Positions 26,893 through 36,253 of a DNA stretch of 64,000 nucleotides are shown here, piece by piece (the stretch's first letter is position 1; every line of letters starts with the position of its first letter). Source of the stretch: Acidimicrobiaceae bacterium (GTDB lineage: Bacteria; Actinomycetota; Acidimicrobiia; Acidimicrobiales; RAAP-2); contig DAHVAJ010000109.1 in NCBI GenBank assembly GCA_027314705.1, positions 45,562 to 109,561 of the forward strand, written 5' to 3'. The notes beneath the pieces were generated by a model. It worked only from the letters and a program-made list of their open reading frames with translations, was not told the origin of the DNA and searched no databases. Made by a program: the position numbers and the translations under genes.

Positions 26893-27749
26893 GCGCGTCC
26901 CCGGACGGGGCGCCTCGGTCCGTGCCGGCCCTGGAGGTCGAGCACGTGAGCGCGGCCTACGGACCCTACCGGGCACTCTTCGACGTGAGCTTCGCCGTGC
27001 CCGCCGGCGCGGTGACGGCGCTCATCGGATCGAACGGGGCCGGCAAGTCGACCGTGGCCCGCGTCGTCACCGGCCTGCTGGCCGCCACCGAGGGCACCGT
27101 CCGTCTCGAGGGAACCGACGTGACCGACCTGCCCGCCTACCGCATCGCCCGGGCCGGCGTGGCGCATGTGCCCGAAGGTCGGGGGGTGTTCGCCAACCTC
27201 ACCGTCGAGGAGAATCTGAAGGTGGCGTTCCGCCAGCGCCTCGGGCGCCGGGCCGTCGCCGCGGCCCTCGAGCGCGCCTACGCCAGCTTTCCGGTCCTCG
27301 GGGCCCGCCGCCGCCAGCTGGGAGGCACCCTCTCCGGCGGGGAGCAGCGCATCCTCTCGCTGGCCAAGATCATCGTGGTCCCACCCCACCTGGTGGTCGC
27401 CGACGAGATCTCCCTCGGGCTCGCGCCGCTCATGATCGACGCCGTCTACGACGGGCTGCGCCGCATCCAGGCCGCCGGCACGGCCCTCCTCATCGTGGAA
27501 CAGCAGGTCGACCGGGTGCTCGACGTGGCCTCGTCGGCCGTGGTGCTCGAGCACGGGTCCGTGGTCTTCGCCGGGCCCACGTCGGGCGCGCTGGCCGCGG
27601 TGGAACAGGTGCTGGCCGCCCGGAGCGAGCGCGCCACCTCCGGCGCACCGGTCGGCAGCGCACCGTCCGGACCGCCCCCCCAGCCATCGGCCGACCAGTC
27701 CCGGCGTCGTCGCCGGTGGGGCGGGGCCGGTGCGGGCCCGGCGGAGTGA
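26889..27749 (+). CDS. ABC transporter ATP-binding protein (LivF-like) with ~50-aa low-complexity C-terminal tail
   Basis: GTG 26889 overlaps the upstream stop (GTGA). Motifs: GSNGAGKSTV, LSGGEQRILSLAK, LVVADEISLGLAP. Tail: ...SGAPVGSAPSGPPPQPSADQSRRRRRW... Confidence 0.85.
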   Translation: MSASPDGAPRSVPALEVEHVSAAYGPYRALFDVSFAVPAGAVTALIGSNGAGKSTVARVVTGLLAATEGTVRLEGTDVTDLPAYRIARAGVAHVPEGRGVFANLTVEENLKVAFRQRLGRRAVAAALERAYASFPVLGARRRQLGGTLSGGEQRILSLAKIIVVPPHLVVADEISLGLAPLMIDAVYDGLRRIQAAGTALLIVEQQVDRVLDVASSAVVLEHGSVVFAGPTSGALAAVEQVLAARSERATSGAPVGSAPSGPPPQPSADQSRRRRRWGGAGAGPAE

Positions 27750-27787
27750 CCGGTGGACGTCGACGAGCGCACCGGAAGGAGGCAGCC

Positions 27788-28981
27788 ATGACCGGAGCGA
27801 GCCGGGACGCCGTGGTGGTGGACGTGGTCCGGACGACCCTCGGCAAGCGGGGTGGGGCGTTGGCCGGCTGGCACCCGGCCGACCTGCTGGGCTTCGCCCT
27901 CACCACCCTGGTGGCGCGGACCGGCGTCGACCCGGGACGCATCGACGACGTCATCGGGGGGTGCGTCAGCCAGGTCGGCGAGCAGAGCACCAACGTGACC
28001 CGCACCGCCTGGGTGGCGGCCGGGCTGCCCCAGCACGTGCCGGCGACCACGGTCGACCGGCAGTGCGGCTCGTCGCAGCAGGCCGTCCACTTCGCCGCCG
28101 CCGGGGTGAAGGCCGGCCACTACGACCTGGTCGTGGCGTGCGGCGTCGAGACGATGAGCCGGGTGCCCCTGGCCTCCAACGCCCGCGGCGGCACCGGCCC
28201 GTTCCCCCCGTCGTTCCTCGAGCACATCGACGGTCGTCTGTGGGCCCAGTTCCGGGTGGCCCAGGTCCTGGCCGACCGGTACGGCATCACCCGCCGGGAG
28301 ATGGACGCCTTTGCCCTGGAGAGCCACCGGCGGGCCGCCGCCGCCTGGGACGACGGGCGGTTCGCGGCCGAGGCCGTGCCCGTTCCCCTGAAGGATGCCG
28401 AGGGCGTGCTGAGCGGCGGACGGCTCGAGGAGGACGAGGGCATCCGGCGGACCGGATCGCCGGCGACCCTGGCCGGACTGCCCCCGGCACAGTCGTGGGA
28501 GCCGGAGACGGCCCCGGACATCACCGCCGGGAACTCGTCCCAGATGACCGACGGCGCCGCGGCCATGCTGATCGCCGAGCGCGGACTGGCCGACCGGTTG
28601 GGTCTCCCGGTCCGGGCCCGTGTGGCGCACGCCACCGTGGCCGCCGACGACGCCGCCGTCGTACTGTCGGCCCCGGTGCCGGCCACCCAGCGGCTCCTCG
28701 ACCGTTCGGGCATGACCGTGGACCAGTTCGACGCCGTCGAGTGCAACGAGGCGTTCGCCTCGATCCCCCTCATGTGGCACCGTGCCTTTCCGATCGACCG
28801 TGAGCGCCTCAACCCCTGCGGCGGCGCCATCGCCCTCGGTCATCCGCTCGGGGCGAGCGGGGTGCGTCTCGCCGCCACCTTGATCAACCACCTGGAGGCG
28901 ACCGGCGGCCGCTACGGGTTCCAGACCATGTGCGAGGGCGGCGGGCAGGCCAACGCCACCGTCTTCGAGCGGCTGGGGTAG
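27788..28981 (+). CDS. Thiolase (acetyl-CoA C-acyltransferase), catalytically complete
   Basis: GGAAGGAGG lies upstream of ATG 27788. Acyl-Cys VDRQCGSSQQAV, NEAFAS, CGGAIALGHPLGASG (His), MCEGGGQANA (second Cys). Confidence 0.92.
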   Translation: MTGASRDAVVVDVVRTTLGKRGGALAGWHPADLLGFALTTLVARTGVDPGRIDDVIGGCVSQVGEQSTNVTRTAWVAAGLPQHVPATTVDRQCGSSQQAVHFAAAGVKAGHYDLVVACGVETMSRVPLASNARGGTGPFPPSFLEHIDGRLWAQFRVAQVLADRYGITRREMDAFALESHRRAAAAWDDGRFAAEAVPVPLKDAEGVLSGGRLEEDEGIRRTGSPATLAGLPPAQSWEPETAPDITAGNSSQMTDGAAAMLIAERGLADRLGLPVRARVAHATVAADDAAVVLSAPVPATQRLLDRSGMTVDQFDAVECNEAFASIPLMWHRAFPIDRERLNPCGGAIALGHPLGASGVRLAATLINHLEATGGRYGFQTMCEGGGQANATVFERLG

Positions 28982-29100
28982 CCGGCCACCGCGGCGCAGG
29001 CAGGGGCCGCCGGGGCGCAGGGCCGGGTAGTGTCGGGTCGCAGTCTGCCGGGAGCGGAGTTCGGGCCCCCGACACCTCGATCACGGAGTTCTGTCACTCC

Positions 29101-30594
29101 ATGCGCATCCTCTACTGCGACGTCGACACGCTGCGGGCCGACCACACCGGTCCGTACGGCTATCAGCGGGCCCTCACTCCCCACCTCGACGAGGTGGCCG
29201 GGGACGGCGTGGTCTTCGACCGTTGCTACTGCTCCGACTCACCCTGTGCGCCCTCACGGGCCGCCTTCACCAGCGGTCAGTTCGGTATCACGACCGGCGC
29301 CATCGCCAATTTCGGCCCGGCCACCGACATCCGGATGTTCGAGCGAACGCGCCACGCTCCGTTTTTCGGGGGCCATCTCTACCGCCATGGGATCTACACC
29401 GCCTCGATCTCCTGCTTCCCCGAGCGGCACCAGGCGTACTGGTTCTTGGGCAATTTCCGGGAGTGGATCAAACCGTCCCTCTCCGACGGCGACGACGAGG
29501 ACGCAGGAACCGTCGCCGATGCCGCGATCGACTGGTTGCGCCGGCGCGGCCGTGACGACGACTGGTTCCTCCAGGTCCACTTCTGGGATCCCCACATCCC
29601 GTACCTCGAACCCGACCGGTGGGTCGACCTGGCCGCCGGCAGCGGGCCGCCGCCGGCCTGGCCCGACGCCGAGACGATCGCCCTCCACGCCGACTGGTAC
29701 GGCCCCCACTCGGCGCTCGACCTCTACGAAGGAGACGGGACCTGGTCGGTCCCCCCACCCTCCTCGCCGCATCCGTCGACGATGCCCGACGCCATCCGCA
29801 CCCGCGAGGACTTCGTCACGTTGGTCAACGGCTACGACGGTGCCATCGCCTACTGGGACCACCATCTCGGACGGCTCCTCGGCACGCTTGACGATCTCGG
29901 CGTCCTCGACGACACCGCCGTCATCGTGACCTCGGACCACGGCGAGTGCCTGGGGGAGAACGGCTGCTACGGCGACCATCCGATGGCCAACGAGGCCTCG
30001 CACCACGTCCCCATGGTCATCCGATGGCCCGGCGCGACCACCGGACTGGCAGAGGAGCGACGCACGGTGGGCGGTCTCGTCTACCACGTCGATCTGGGCC
30101 CGACGGTCTGCGAGCTGCTGGACCTCCCCGTCCCGACCGGTTGGGACGGACGGTCCTTCGCCGCCGGGGTCCGCGGTGAGGAGTGCTCGGGTCGGGATCA
30201 CCTGGTGCTGAGCCACGGCTCCTACACCTACCAGCGGGCCGTGCGGACCCCGACCCACCTGTACGTGAGGACCCTGCACCCGGGATGTTGGCGGCTCGAT
30301 CGGGAGCAGCTCTATGCGATCGACGACGATCCGCACATGACCACCGACCTCATCGGGACGGAGGCCGGCACGGCCCGTCACCTGGCCGGCGTGCTCGAGG
30401 GGTGGCGGCAGGAGCACCTCAGCCTCGGGGGCCCGACCCCGGACCCGATGGAGGCCCGGCGCTACGAGGGCCCCGCCGACGCCTTCTCCGTACCGCGCTA
30501 TCTGGCCCGATTGCGTGGGACCGGCCGGGCCCACCTGGCCGTCGACCTGGAGACCCGGCTGGCCCAGGAGTGGGTGACCGGTCAGGTCTGGTAG
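29101..30594 (+). CDS. Cys-type sulfatase (formylglycine-dependent), no signal peptide
   Basis: 497 aa from ATG 29101. N-terminal metal site ILYCDVDTLRADH; sulfatase signature SPCAPSRAAFTSGQ (C-x-P-S-R-x-x-x-x-T-G); TSDHGE. Confidence 0.88.
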   Translation: MRILYCDVDTLRADHTGPYGYQRALTPHLDEVAGDGVVFDRCYCSDSPCAPSRAAFTSGQFGITTGAIANFGPATDIRMFERTRHAPFFGGHLYRHGIYTASISCFPERHQAYWFLGNFREWIKPSLSDGDDEDAGTVADAAIDWLRRRGRDDDWFLQVHFWDPHIPYLEPDRWVDLAAGSGPPPAWPDAETIALHADWYGPHSALDLYEGDGTWSVPPPSSPHPSTMPDAIRTREDFVTLVNGYDGAIAYWDHHLGRLLGTLDDLGVLDDTAVIVTSDHGECLGENGCYGDHPMANEASHHVPMVIRWPGATTGLAEERRTVGGLVYHVDLGPTVCELLDLPVPTGWDGRSFAAGVRGEECSGRDHLVLSHGSYTYQRAVRTPTHLYVRTLHPGCWRLDREQLYAIDDDPHMTTDLIGTEAGTARHLAGVLEGWRQEHLSLGGPTPDPMEARRYEGPADAFSVPRYLARLRGTGRAHLAVDLETRLAQEWVTGQVW

Positions 30595-30623
30595 GGCCCG
30601 GGGACGACGGGTCGGATCGCCGG

Positions 30624-30644
30624 GACGCCCGGGGCGGGGGCGTC
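30624..30644. terminator. Hairpin GACGCCC-ggggcgg-GGGCGTC between convergent genes (sulfatase / VOC)
   Basis: Perfect 7-bp stem with a 7-nt loop. Confidence 0.4.
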
Positions 30645-30693
30645 GGCCCGGCGCCGGGGAGGCGGCACCCGCATCACTCCGGCGACGGGACCC

Positions 30694-31077
30694 TCACGGT
30701 GGCTCCTCCAGCTGCTCCATGAGCTCGATGCGCAGGCCACCGGGCGCGTTCACGAACGCGATGCGCCGGGTTCCGAACGTCGGACCTGACACGACGGCCG
30801 GGCCCCAGGCGACGTCGTGACCCTCGAGCTCGGCTCGGAGATCGTCGGTGAACAGCGCCACGTGGAGGAACCCCTCGTCGGCCACCTCGATGTCGTCCTC
30901 GTACACGGCCCGGGTGAACAGGGTGATCTGCAGCGGGCCGAGCTGTGCGTCGGCCCGTCGCCCGCTGCGCCACTCTTCGGGATCGCCGACCACCGCTCCC
31001 GCACGCCGGTAGAACCCGACCGCGGCATCGATGTCGCTCACCTTCACGGCGAGATTGGCCATCCCGGTGACCGCCAT
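30694..31077 (-). CDS. VOC / glyoxalase family protein
   Basis: 127 aa from ATG 31075-31077 (MAVTGMANLAVKVSDIDAAVGFYRRAGA...FLHVALFTDDLRAELEGH...RIAFVNAPGGLRIELME). ATG 31060-31062 is an alternative start. Confidence 0.75.
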   Translation of the reverse strand: MAVTGMANLAVKVSDIDAAVGFYRRAGAVVGDPEEWRSGRRADAQLGPLQITLFTRAVYEDDIEVADEGFLHVALFTDDLRAELEGHDVAWGPAVVSGPTFGTRRIAFVNAPGGLRIELMEQLEEPP

Positions 31078-31349
31078 CGTCGCACTGTAGCCCCGACGGT
31101 GCGCCGAGCTGTCCCGGCACGGCGGCGCTCGCGGCACCCCGTACCGCACTCCGGCCGGGATCCCCCGGCACCCGGGTCACCGACGGCGTCGACGGCGGGG
31201 ACGGCCCGGTGGTCCCGACCTCGCCGTCGCCGGGCGCCGGCCGTGATCGCGGCGGTGGGGCCGCGGCCGGGGCACCGGCGTGGCCCGCCCGGCGCCCAGC
31301 CGCTGCCGGTCCCGTCCGGACGGGTGGACGGCCGCCACCGGCGGTCGGC

Positions 31350-33062
31350 TCAGGGCGCCACCGTCTGGGTGTGTCGTCCCGAACGCAGGAGGGTCCCGGG
31401 GAGGGCGCCGGTGAGCCGGCCGTCTTCGACGACGGCCACCCCGTTGACGAGGACGTGGACCACGCCGGTGGACTCGGCGTAGAGCCGCCAGGCGCCGCCG
31501 GGAAGATCCGACCGCATCCGCTCGTCCTGGTAGCCGACTCGCGCGGGGTCGAAGACGACGACGTCCGCGGCGCAGTCGTCGGCGATGCGGCCCCGTCCGG
31601 TCAGGCCGTAGAGACGTGCGGGGACGTCGGTCAGCTGGTGCACGGCCTCCTCCAGCGAGATGACCCCGAACTCGCGGACGCCGTGGGCGAGGAGCGCAGT
31701 GGAGTAGATGGCGCCGCACATCATGTCCAGATGGGCCCCGGCGTCGGATCCACCCACCACCGTACGAGGGTCGCGCCACACGTCGGCACGCAGCTTCCAG
31801 TCGGCTTCGCTCTCGCGCCGGGCACTCGGTCGCAACCCGGTGCGCAGTCCGTCCGCGACGACGATGTCGCAGAGGACGTCGAATGGATCGCCGCCTCGTT
31901 CGGCCAGGACGTCGCCGACGGTGCGACCCTCGAAGGCCTTGTTCTCGTCGGAGAAGGCTTCGACGATCTCGAGCCGCTGCCAGTTGGCCAGGGCCCGGAG
32001 CACGCCTGCCTCCTCGGAGGCGGCACCTTCCCCGAGGCGGCGGCGCACCTCCGGGTCGGCCAGCGCCCGGATCCGCTCGTCCACGGGCAAGGCCATGACC
32101 GGCCGCCATCCGGGTAGCCCCTCGAGCACGAACCCGGAGAGGAACGAGAGGCGGATGCGCATCGAATGGGGAAGTGTGAGGGCGACGATCCGCGCACCTC
32201 GCTCGGCCGCGTAGTCGGAGGTGGCCAGCTGGCGCAGGTGTCCGTCGGGATCGAGGGACGAGACGCCGAGGACGTTCCAGTTGACGGGTCGGTTGCCGGC
32301 CAGGGACATGCGGGTGAGCAGGTCCCGCTCCTGGTCGGTGAACCCGTTGAGAGACCCGGCCAGGATGCATTCGAGCGTCGTCCCGGGCGCGTCGCGCACG
32401 GCCGCGGCCAAGGCGATCATCTCGTCGGGGTGGGCGCCGCGGGACGGTACCGGATCGCCGTCGCCGTCGTAGTGGGTGGGCGCCGCCGACGTGGAGAAGC
32501 CGAGGGCACCGGTCGCGCAGGCGTCGGCCACGATACGGGTCATGACCTGGATCTGCCGGTCGGTGGCCGGTTCGTGGCAGGCGTCACCCATGACCACTCG
32601 TCGCACCGCGGAGTGGCCGATGAGGAACCCGGCGTTGATGCCGATGCGGCCCTGGAGGCGGGACACCCAGTCCTCGTAGCCGTCCCAGTCCCAGGACAAC
32701 CCGGCCTCGAGGGCGGCCAGCGGCATGCCTTCGACCCGGGCCATCATCCGCATCAGGTAGCCCGCGTGCTGGTCACCTGCGGGCGCGAGCGTGAACCCGC
32801 AATTGCCGCCGATGGCGGTGGTGACGCCGTGGAGTGGCGACGGGCTGGCGGTGGGATCCCAGGACAGCTGGGCGTCGTAGTGGGTGTGGAGGTCGACGAA
32901 CCCGGGGGCGACGGCGAGTCCCGCGGCATCGAGGACACGCGGGCGTCCGCCCAGCTCGTCGGCGGGAACGAAGCGACCGGCGCGGACGGCGACGTCGCGG
33001 TAGGCACCGGGTGCGCCCGTACCGTCGATGACGTACCCGCCGGTGATCAGGAGGTCGGCCAT
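31350..33062 (-). CDS. N-acyl-D-amino-acid deacylase (D-aminoacylase) family amidohydrolase
   Basis: 570 aa from ATG 33060-33062. MADLLITGGYVIDGTGAPGAYRDVAVRAGR...LDAAGLAVAPGFVDLHTHYD; C-terminal ADVVVFDP. Overlaps the upstream gene's 3' end by 16 nt. Confidence 0.88.
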   Translation of the reverse strand: MADLLITGGYVIDGTGAPGAYRDVAVRAGRFVPADELGGRPRVLDAAGLAVAPGFVDLHTHYDAQLSWDPTASPSPLHGVTTAIGGNCGFTLAPAGDQHAGYLMRMMARVEGMPLAALEAGLSWDWDGYEDWVSRLQGRIGINAGFLIGHSAVRRVVMGDACHEPATDRQIQVMTRIVADACATGALGFSTSAAPTHYDGDGDPVPSRGAHPDEMIALAAAVRDAPGTTLECILAGSLNGFTDQERDLLTRMSLAGNRPVNWNVLGVSSLDPDGHLRQLATSDYAAERGARIVALTLPHSMRIRLSFLSGFVLEGLPGWRPVMALPVDERIRALADPEVRRRLGEGAASEEAGVLRALANWQRLEIVEAFSDENKAFEGRTVGDVLAERGGDPFDVLCDIVVADGLRTGLRPSARRESEADWKLRADVWRDPRTVVGGSDAGAHLDMMCGAIYSTALLAHGVREFGVISLEEAVHQLTDVPARLYGLTGRGRIADDCAADVVVFDPARVGYQDERMRSDLPGGAWRLYAESTGVVHVLVNGVAVVEDGRLTGALPGTLLRSGRHTQTVAP

Positions 33063-34204
33063 CGGAACAGCGCCTCCGCGTTCTGGTGGGTCAGCTTCGC
33101 GACGACGTCGTCGGGGAGTTGTCCGATGCGTCGGTGCACCAGGTCCTGGGTGTCCGGCCAGCTGGAGTCGGCGTGGGGGTAGTCGACCTCGATCATCACG
33201 TGGTCGGGACCGAAGCGGTCGAGCACGCCGGCCAGGGTGCTGGGGTCGTCGATCGTGCAGAACCAGAAGTTCCTGGCCAGGACCCCGCTCGGGGTGCGCT
33301 CGTCCTTCCAGTTGCTGGCGTCCCTGCCGGACGCCGAGTGGTCGAGGACGTAGTCGACCCGGTCGGCCAGCATGTTGACCCAGCCGAGGCCCCCCTCGGA
33401 GAGCGCGATCTTGAGGCCCGGGAACTTCGTGCAGACCCCCGACCAGAGCCAGTCGGCACAGGCGAGGAAGGCGTTGCCAGGGAACAGGGTCGGCAACAAC
33501 TCGAAGGGGGGATCGTCGCAAGGCACCGGAGCCCACGACGCGGACCCGGTGTGCAGGCACACCACGGTGTCGGTCTCCTCGCACGCGGCGAGCAGGGGGT
33601 CCCAATGGCCGGTGTGCAACGACGGCAGGCCGAGCTTGGCCGGGAACTCGGCGAAGGTGAGTGCCCGGAACCCCCGCTCGGCGTTGCTGCGCACCATCTG
33701 CGCCGCCACCTCCGGGTCCGGTAGCCACGTGATCTGGGTCGGGATCATGCGCCCGGGGTAGGTCCCGGCCCACACCTCGAGATGCCAGTCGTTCCAGGCG
33801 CGCACGCAGGCCAGACCGAGCTCGGGGTCCTTCGACCGGGAGAACACCGCGCCGGAGAACCCGGCGATGAGCGAAGGGAAGCAGACCGATGCGGCGACAC
33901 CGGCGAGGTCCATGTCCTCGATCCGGGCGTGGATGTCCCAGCAGCCCGGGCGCATCTCGTCGAAGTTGGCCGGCTCCATCGCCCACTCGTCCCTGGGCCT
34001 CCCGACCACGGCGTTCAACCCGATGTTGGGGTAGATGCCGTTTTCGTACTCCCAGACCTGTCGACCGTTGGGCAGCGTCACGACGCTGGGCGCCCGGTCG
34101 GTGAGGTGGGACGGCATCCGCCCTGCGAACAGGTCGGGCGGTTCGATCAGGTGGTCGTCGACGGATACGATCCGGTAGGCCACGGCGGCTCCGGACTCGT
34201 TCAT
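33047..34204 (-). CDS. Amidohydrolase-2 (PF04909) family protein, paralogue of 4411..5706
   Basis: 385 aa from ATG 34202-34204 (MNESGAAVAYRIVSVDDHLIEPPDLF...NAVVGRPRDEWAMEP...CWDIHARIEDMDLAGV...EVDYPHADSSWP). ATGA overlap with the P450 stop. Confidence 0.9.
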   Translation of the reverse strand: MNESGAAVAYRIVSVDDHLIEPPDLFAGRMPSHLTDRAPSVVTLPNGRQVWEYENGIYPNIGLNAVVGRPRDEWAMEPANFDEMRPGCWDIHARIEDMDLAGVAASVCFPSLIAGFSGAVFSRSKDPELGLACVRAWNDWHLEVWAGTYPGRMIPTQITWLPDPEVAAQMVRSNAERGFRALTFAEFPAKLGLPSLHTGHWDPLLAACEETDTVVCLHTGSASWAPVPCDDPPFELLPTLFPGNAFLACADWLWSGVCTKFPGLKIALSEGGLGWVNMLADRVDYVLDHSASGRDASNWKDERTPSGVLARNFWFCTIDDPSTLAGVLDRFGPDHVMIEVDYPHADSSWPDTQDLVHRRIGQLPDDVVAKLTHQNAEALFRWPTS

Positions 34205-35391
34205 GCCGGGTCGAATTCGAGTGGCAGCCGGTCGGCCTGCCGGATGCCGGGAGAGTAGTGGACCTCGACCCCGTCGGGGATCCAATAGTCCGGGATCCTC
34301 CGGTGGAGCTCCTCGAGAGCGACGCGTAGCTCGAGCCGGGCCAGGTGGGCACCGAGGCACAGATGGTGACCCCCGCCGAAGGCGACATGGCGGTTCGGGA
34401 CCCGCCCGAAGTCGACCGCGGGCGCACCGAATTCGAGCTCGTCGGCGTCGGCGGCGCCGATCACGAGCGTGACGGCGTCGCCGGCCCGCAGGTCGACCCC
34501 GCGCATCTCGAAGTCCTGTTTGACCGAGCGGGGCACCACCATCACCGGGCTCAGCCACCGGAGCAGCTCCTCCACGGCGGCAGGCGTGAGGGACGGGTCG
34601 TCGACCAGCTGGCGGCGATGCCCGGGATGCGACGCCAAGAAGGCGACCATGCAGTCGAGCGTGGCGGTGACGGTGTCGAGCCCTCCGAGCAGGAGGAGGT
34701 GGCTGATCCCGAGCAGCTCGGGCTCGCCCAGCGGCTGGCCGTCGATGGTCGAGTGGACGATGTGGGAGAGCAGGCTGTCCGAGGGAGCGTCGCGGCACCG
34801 GGCGATCGCGCCTCGGAAGTACTCGCTGATCTCGCGGGCGGTCTGGGAGCGGAGGCGCTGCGCACCGTCGAAGTCGCCGGGCTCGACCGCGGGCCGGATC
34901 GTGTCGTCTCTCCACTGGAGGAACTGGGGGAGGTCCTCGGGGGGGAGGCCCATGAGGGCCAGGAAGATGCCGGAGGGCAGCGGCGTGGCCAGCTCCAGGT
35001 GGAAGTCGCATGCGCCACGGTGGGCGAAGCCGTCGATCAGGTCCCGCACGATGCGGCGCACCTCGGGTTCGAGCGTCGCGATCTCCCGGGGCACGAACTT
35101 CGGGTTGAGCAACCGCCGGTACTTGGTGTGCTGTGGCGGGTCGACCTCGAGCGGGATCAGGGGCTGCTCTCCCAGATTGAGGTTGTTGCCCGCCGACGTG
35201 AGGTACTCCGGATGTCGCAGCGCCCACCACACGTCGTCGTACCGGGTGACGAGCACCATCGCGTCGCCGCCCATGTCGGCGCGTGCGACGGGGCACTCCC
35301 GGTGGAGCCGGCGATAGGCGGGATGGGGGTCGTCGGCGACGGCCGGCGAGAACAGCGTGGCGGTGGGGTCGGATCCGTCGGGGTCGGTCAT
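34201..35391 (-). CDS. Cytochrome P450, paralogue of 7044..8246
   Basis: 396 aa. FGGGHHLCLGAHLA heme motif, EELLRWLSP, LLLLGGLDTVT. N-terminal and central regions are colinear with the other P450 (DPPQHTKYRRLLNPKFVPREI vs DPPEHKKFRKLLDPLFAPREV). Confidence 0.92.
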   Translation of the reverse strand: MTDPDGSDPTATLFSPAVADDPHPAYRRLHRECPVARADMGGDAMVLVTRYDDVWWALRHPEYLTSAGNNLNLGEQPLIPLEVDPPQHTKYRRLLNPKFVPREIATLEPEVRRIVRDLIDGFAHRGACDFHLELATPLPSGIFLALMGLPPEDLPQFLQWRDDTIRPAVEPGDFDGAQRLRSQTAREISEYFRGAIARCRDAPSDSLLSHIVHSTIDGQPLGEPELLGISHLLLLGGLDTVTATLDCMVAFLASHPGHRRQLVDDPSLTPAAVEELLRWLSPVMVVPRSVKQDFEMRGVDLRAGDAVTLVIGAADADELEFGAPAVDFGRVPNRHVAFGGGHHLCLGAHLARLELRVALEELHRRIPDYWIPDGVEVHYSPGIRQADRLPLEFDPA

Positions 35392-35578
35392 GCCGTTCCC
35401 GGTCCGGCGTCCCGGGGCCTTCGACGCCGTTCCGGGCGGACTCGGCCGCGGACGCGCCGCGTGCTCCGGTCCTCCGGGGAGCTGGCGGCCGGTGGCTCGA
35501 GGCCCTCGATGGCGCAGGCCGCGCCCCGGCCCCGGACCTCGCCACCCCGTCGGCGGCCGACCCGACCCCGAGCAGCCG

Positions 35579-36247
35579 TCACGGGCACGTGGCCTCGGCG
35601 GCGAGCGCGGCGCAACAGAACGCCCAGAGGCGCCCGGCCGCGGTGGCGGGGTCCTCGCCGGGTGCGAGCAGGATGGCGGCGTGCACGTGCGACAGGATCA
35701 GGGCGAACACGGTGATGGCGTCGTCGCGGTCGGTCGCCCGGATGTCGCCGGCCTCGGCTGCCGCCGTGAGCTCGGCCTCGAGCAGGTCGACGAGGGGCGC
35801 CAGCGCGACCCGCAGTTCGTCGGCACGCCGATCGGCCAGCTGGAGGTGCTCACGGATGAGGAGCGAGGCGTAGCCGGAGCCCGTCACGACGAACCCGGAC
35901 AGCTCGATGACGTAGCGGCGAAGGCGCTCGACGGGGCTCGCCACCTCCTCGAGGGCCTGAGCCAGCAGCGCCGCGCCCAGGCGGGCCTCCTCCTCGATGA
36001 GGGCCAGGAGCAGGTCGTCCCGGCCGGAGAAGTGGCGGTAGAAGCTCCGCAACGACACGCCCGCCCGGGCGGCCACGTCGGCCACGGTGACCACCGACGA
36101 CCCCGACTCCGCGGCCAGGACGCGCGCCGCGTCGACCAGCTGCCGGGCCCGGGCCGAGGACCGGTCCCGGGCCGAGGAGAGCGAACGTTCGAGGGCCCGG
36201 TGCTCCCACGCGAACCCGGTCTCGGAACCCGAGGGTGCCACGGCCAT
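35579..36247 (-). CDS. TetR family transcriptional regulator
   Basis: 222 aa from ATG 36245-36247 (MAVAPSG). HTH region TVADVAARAGVSLRSFYRHFSGRDDLLLAL. The TTG used by the track at 36283 coincides with a -35-like TTGCAC. Confidence 0.85.
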   Translation of the reverse strand: MAVAPSGSETGFAWEHRALERSLSSARDRSSARARQLVDAARVLAAESGSSVVTVADVAARAGVSLRSFYRHFSGRDDLLLALIEEEARLGAALLAQALEEVASPVERLRRYVIELSGFVVTGSGYASLLIREHLQLADRRADELRVALAPLVDLLEAELTAAAEAGDIRATDRDDAITVFALILSHVHAAILLAPGEDPATAAGRLWAFCCAALAAEATCP

Positions 36248-36253
36248 GTCGGA

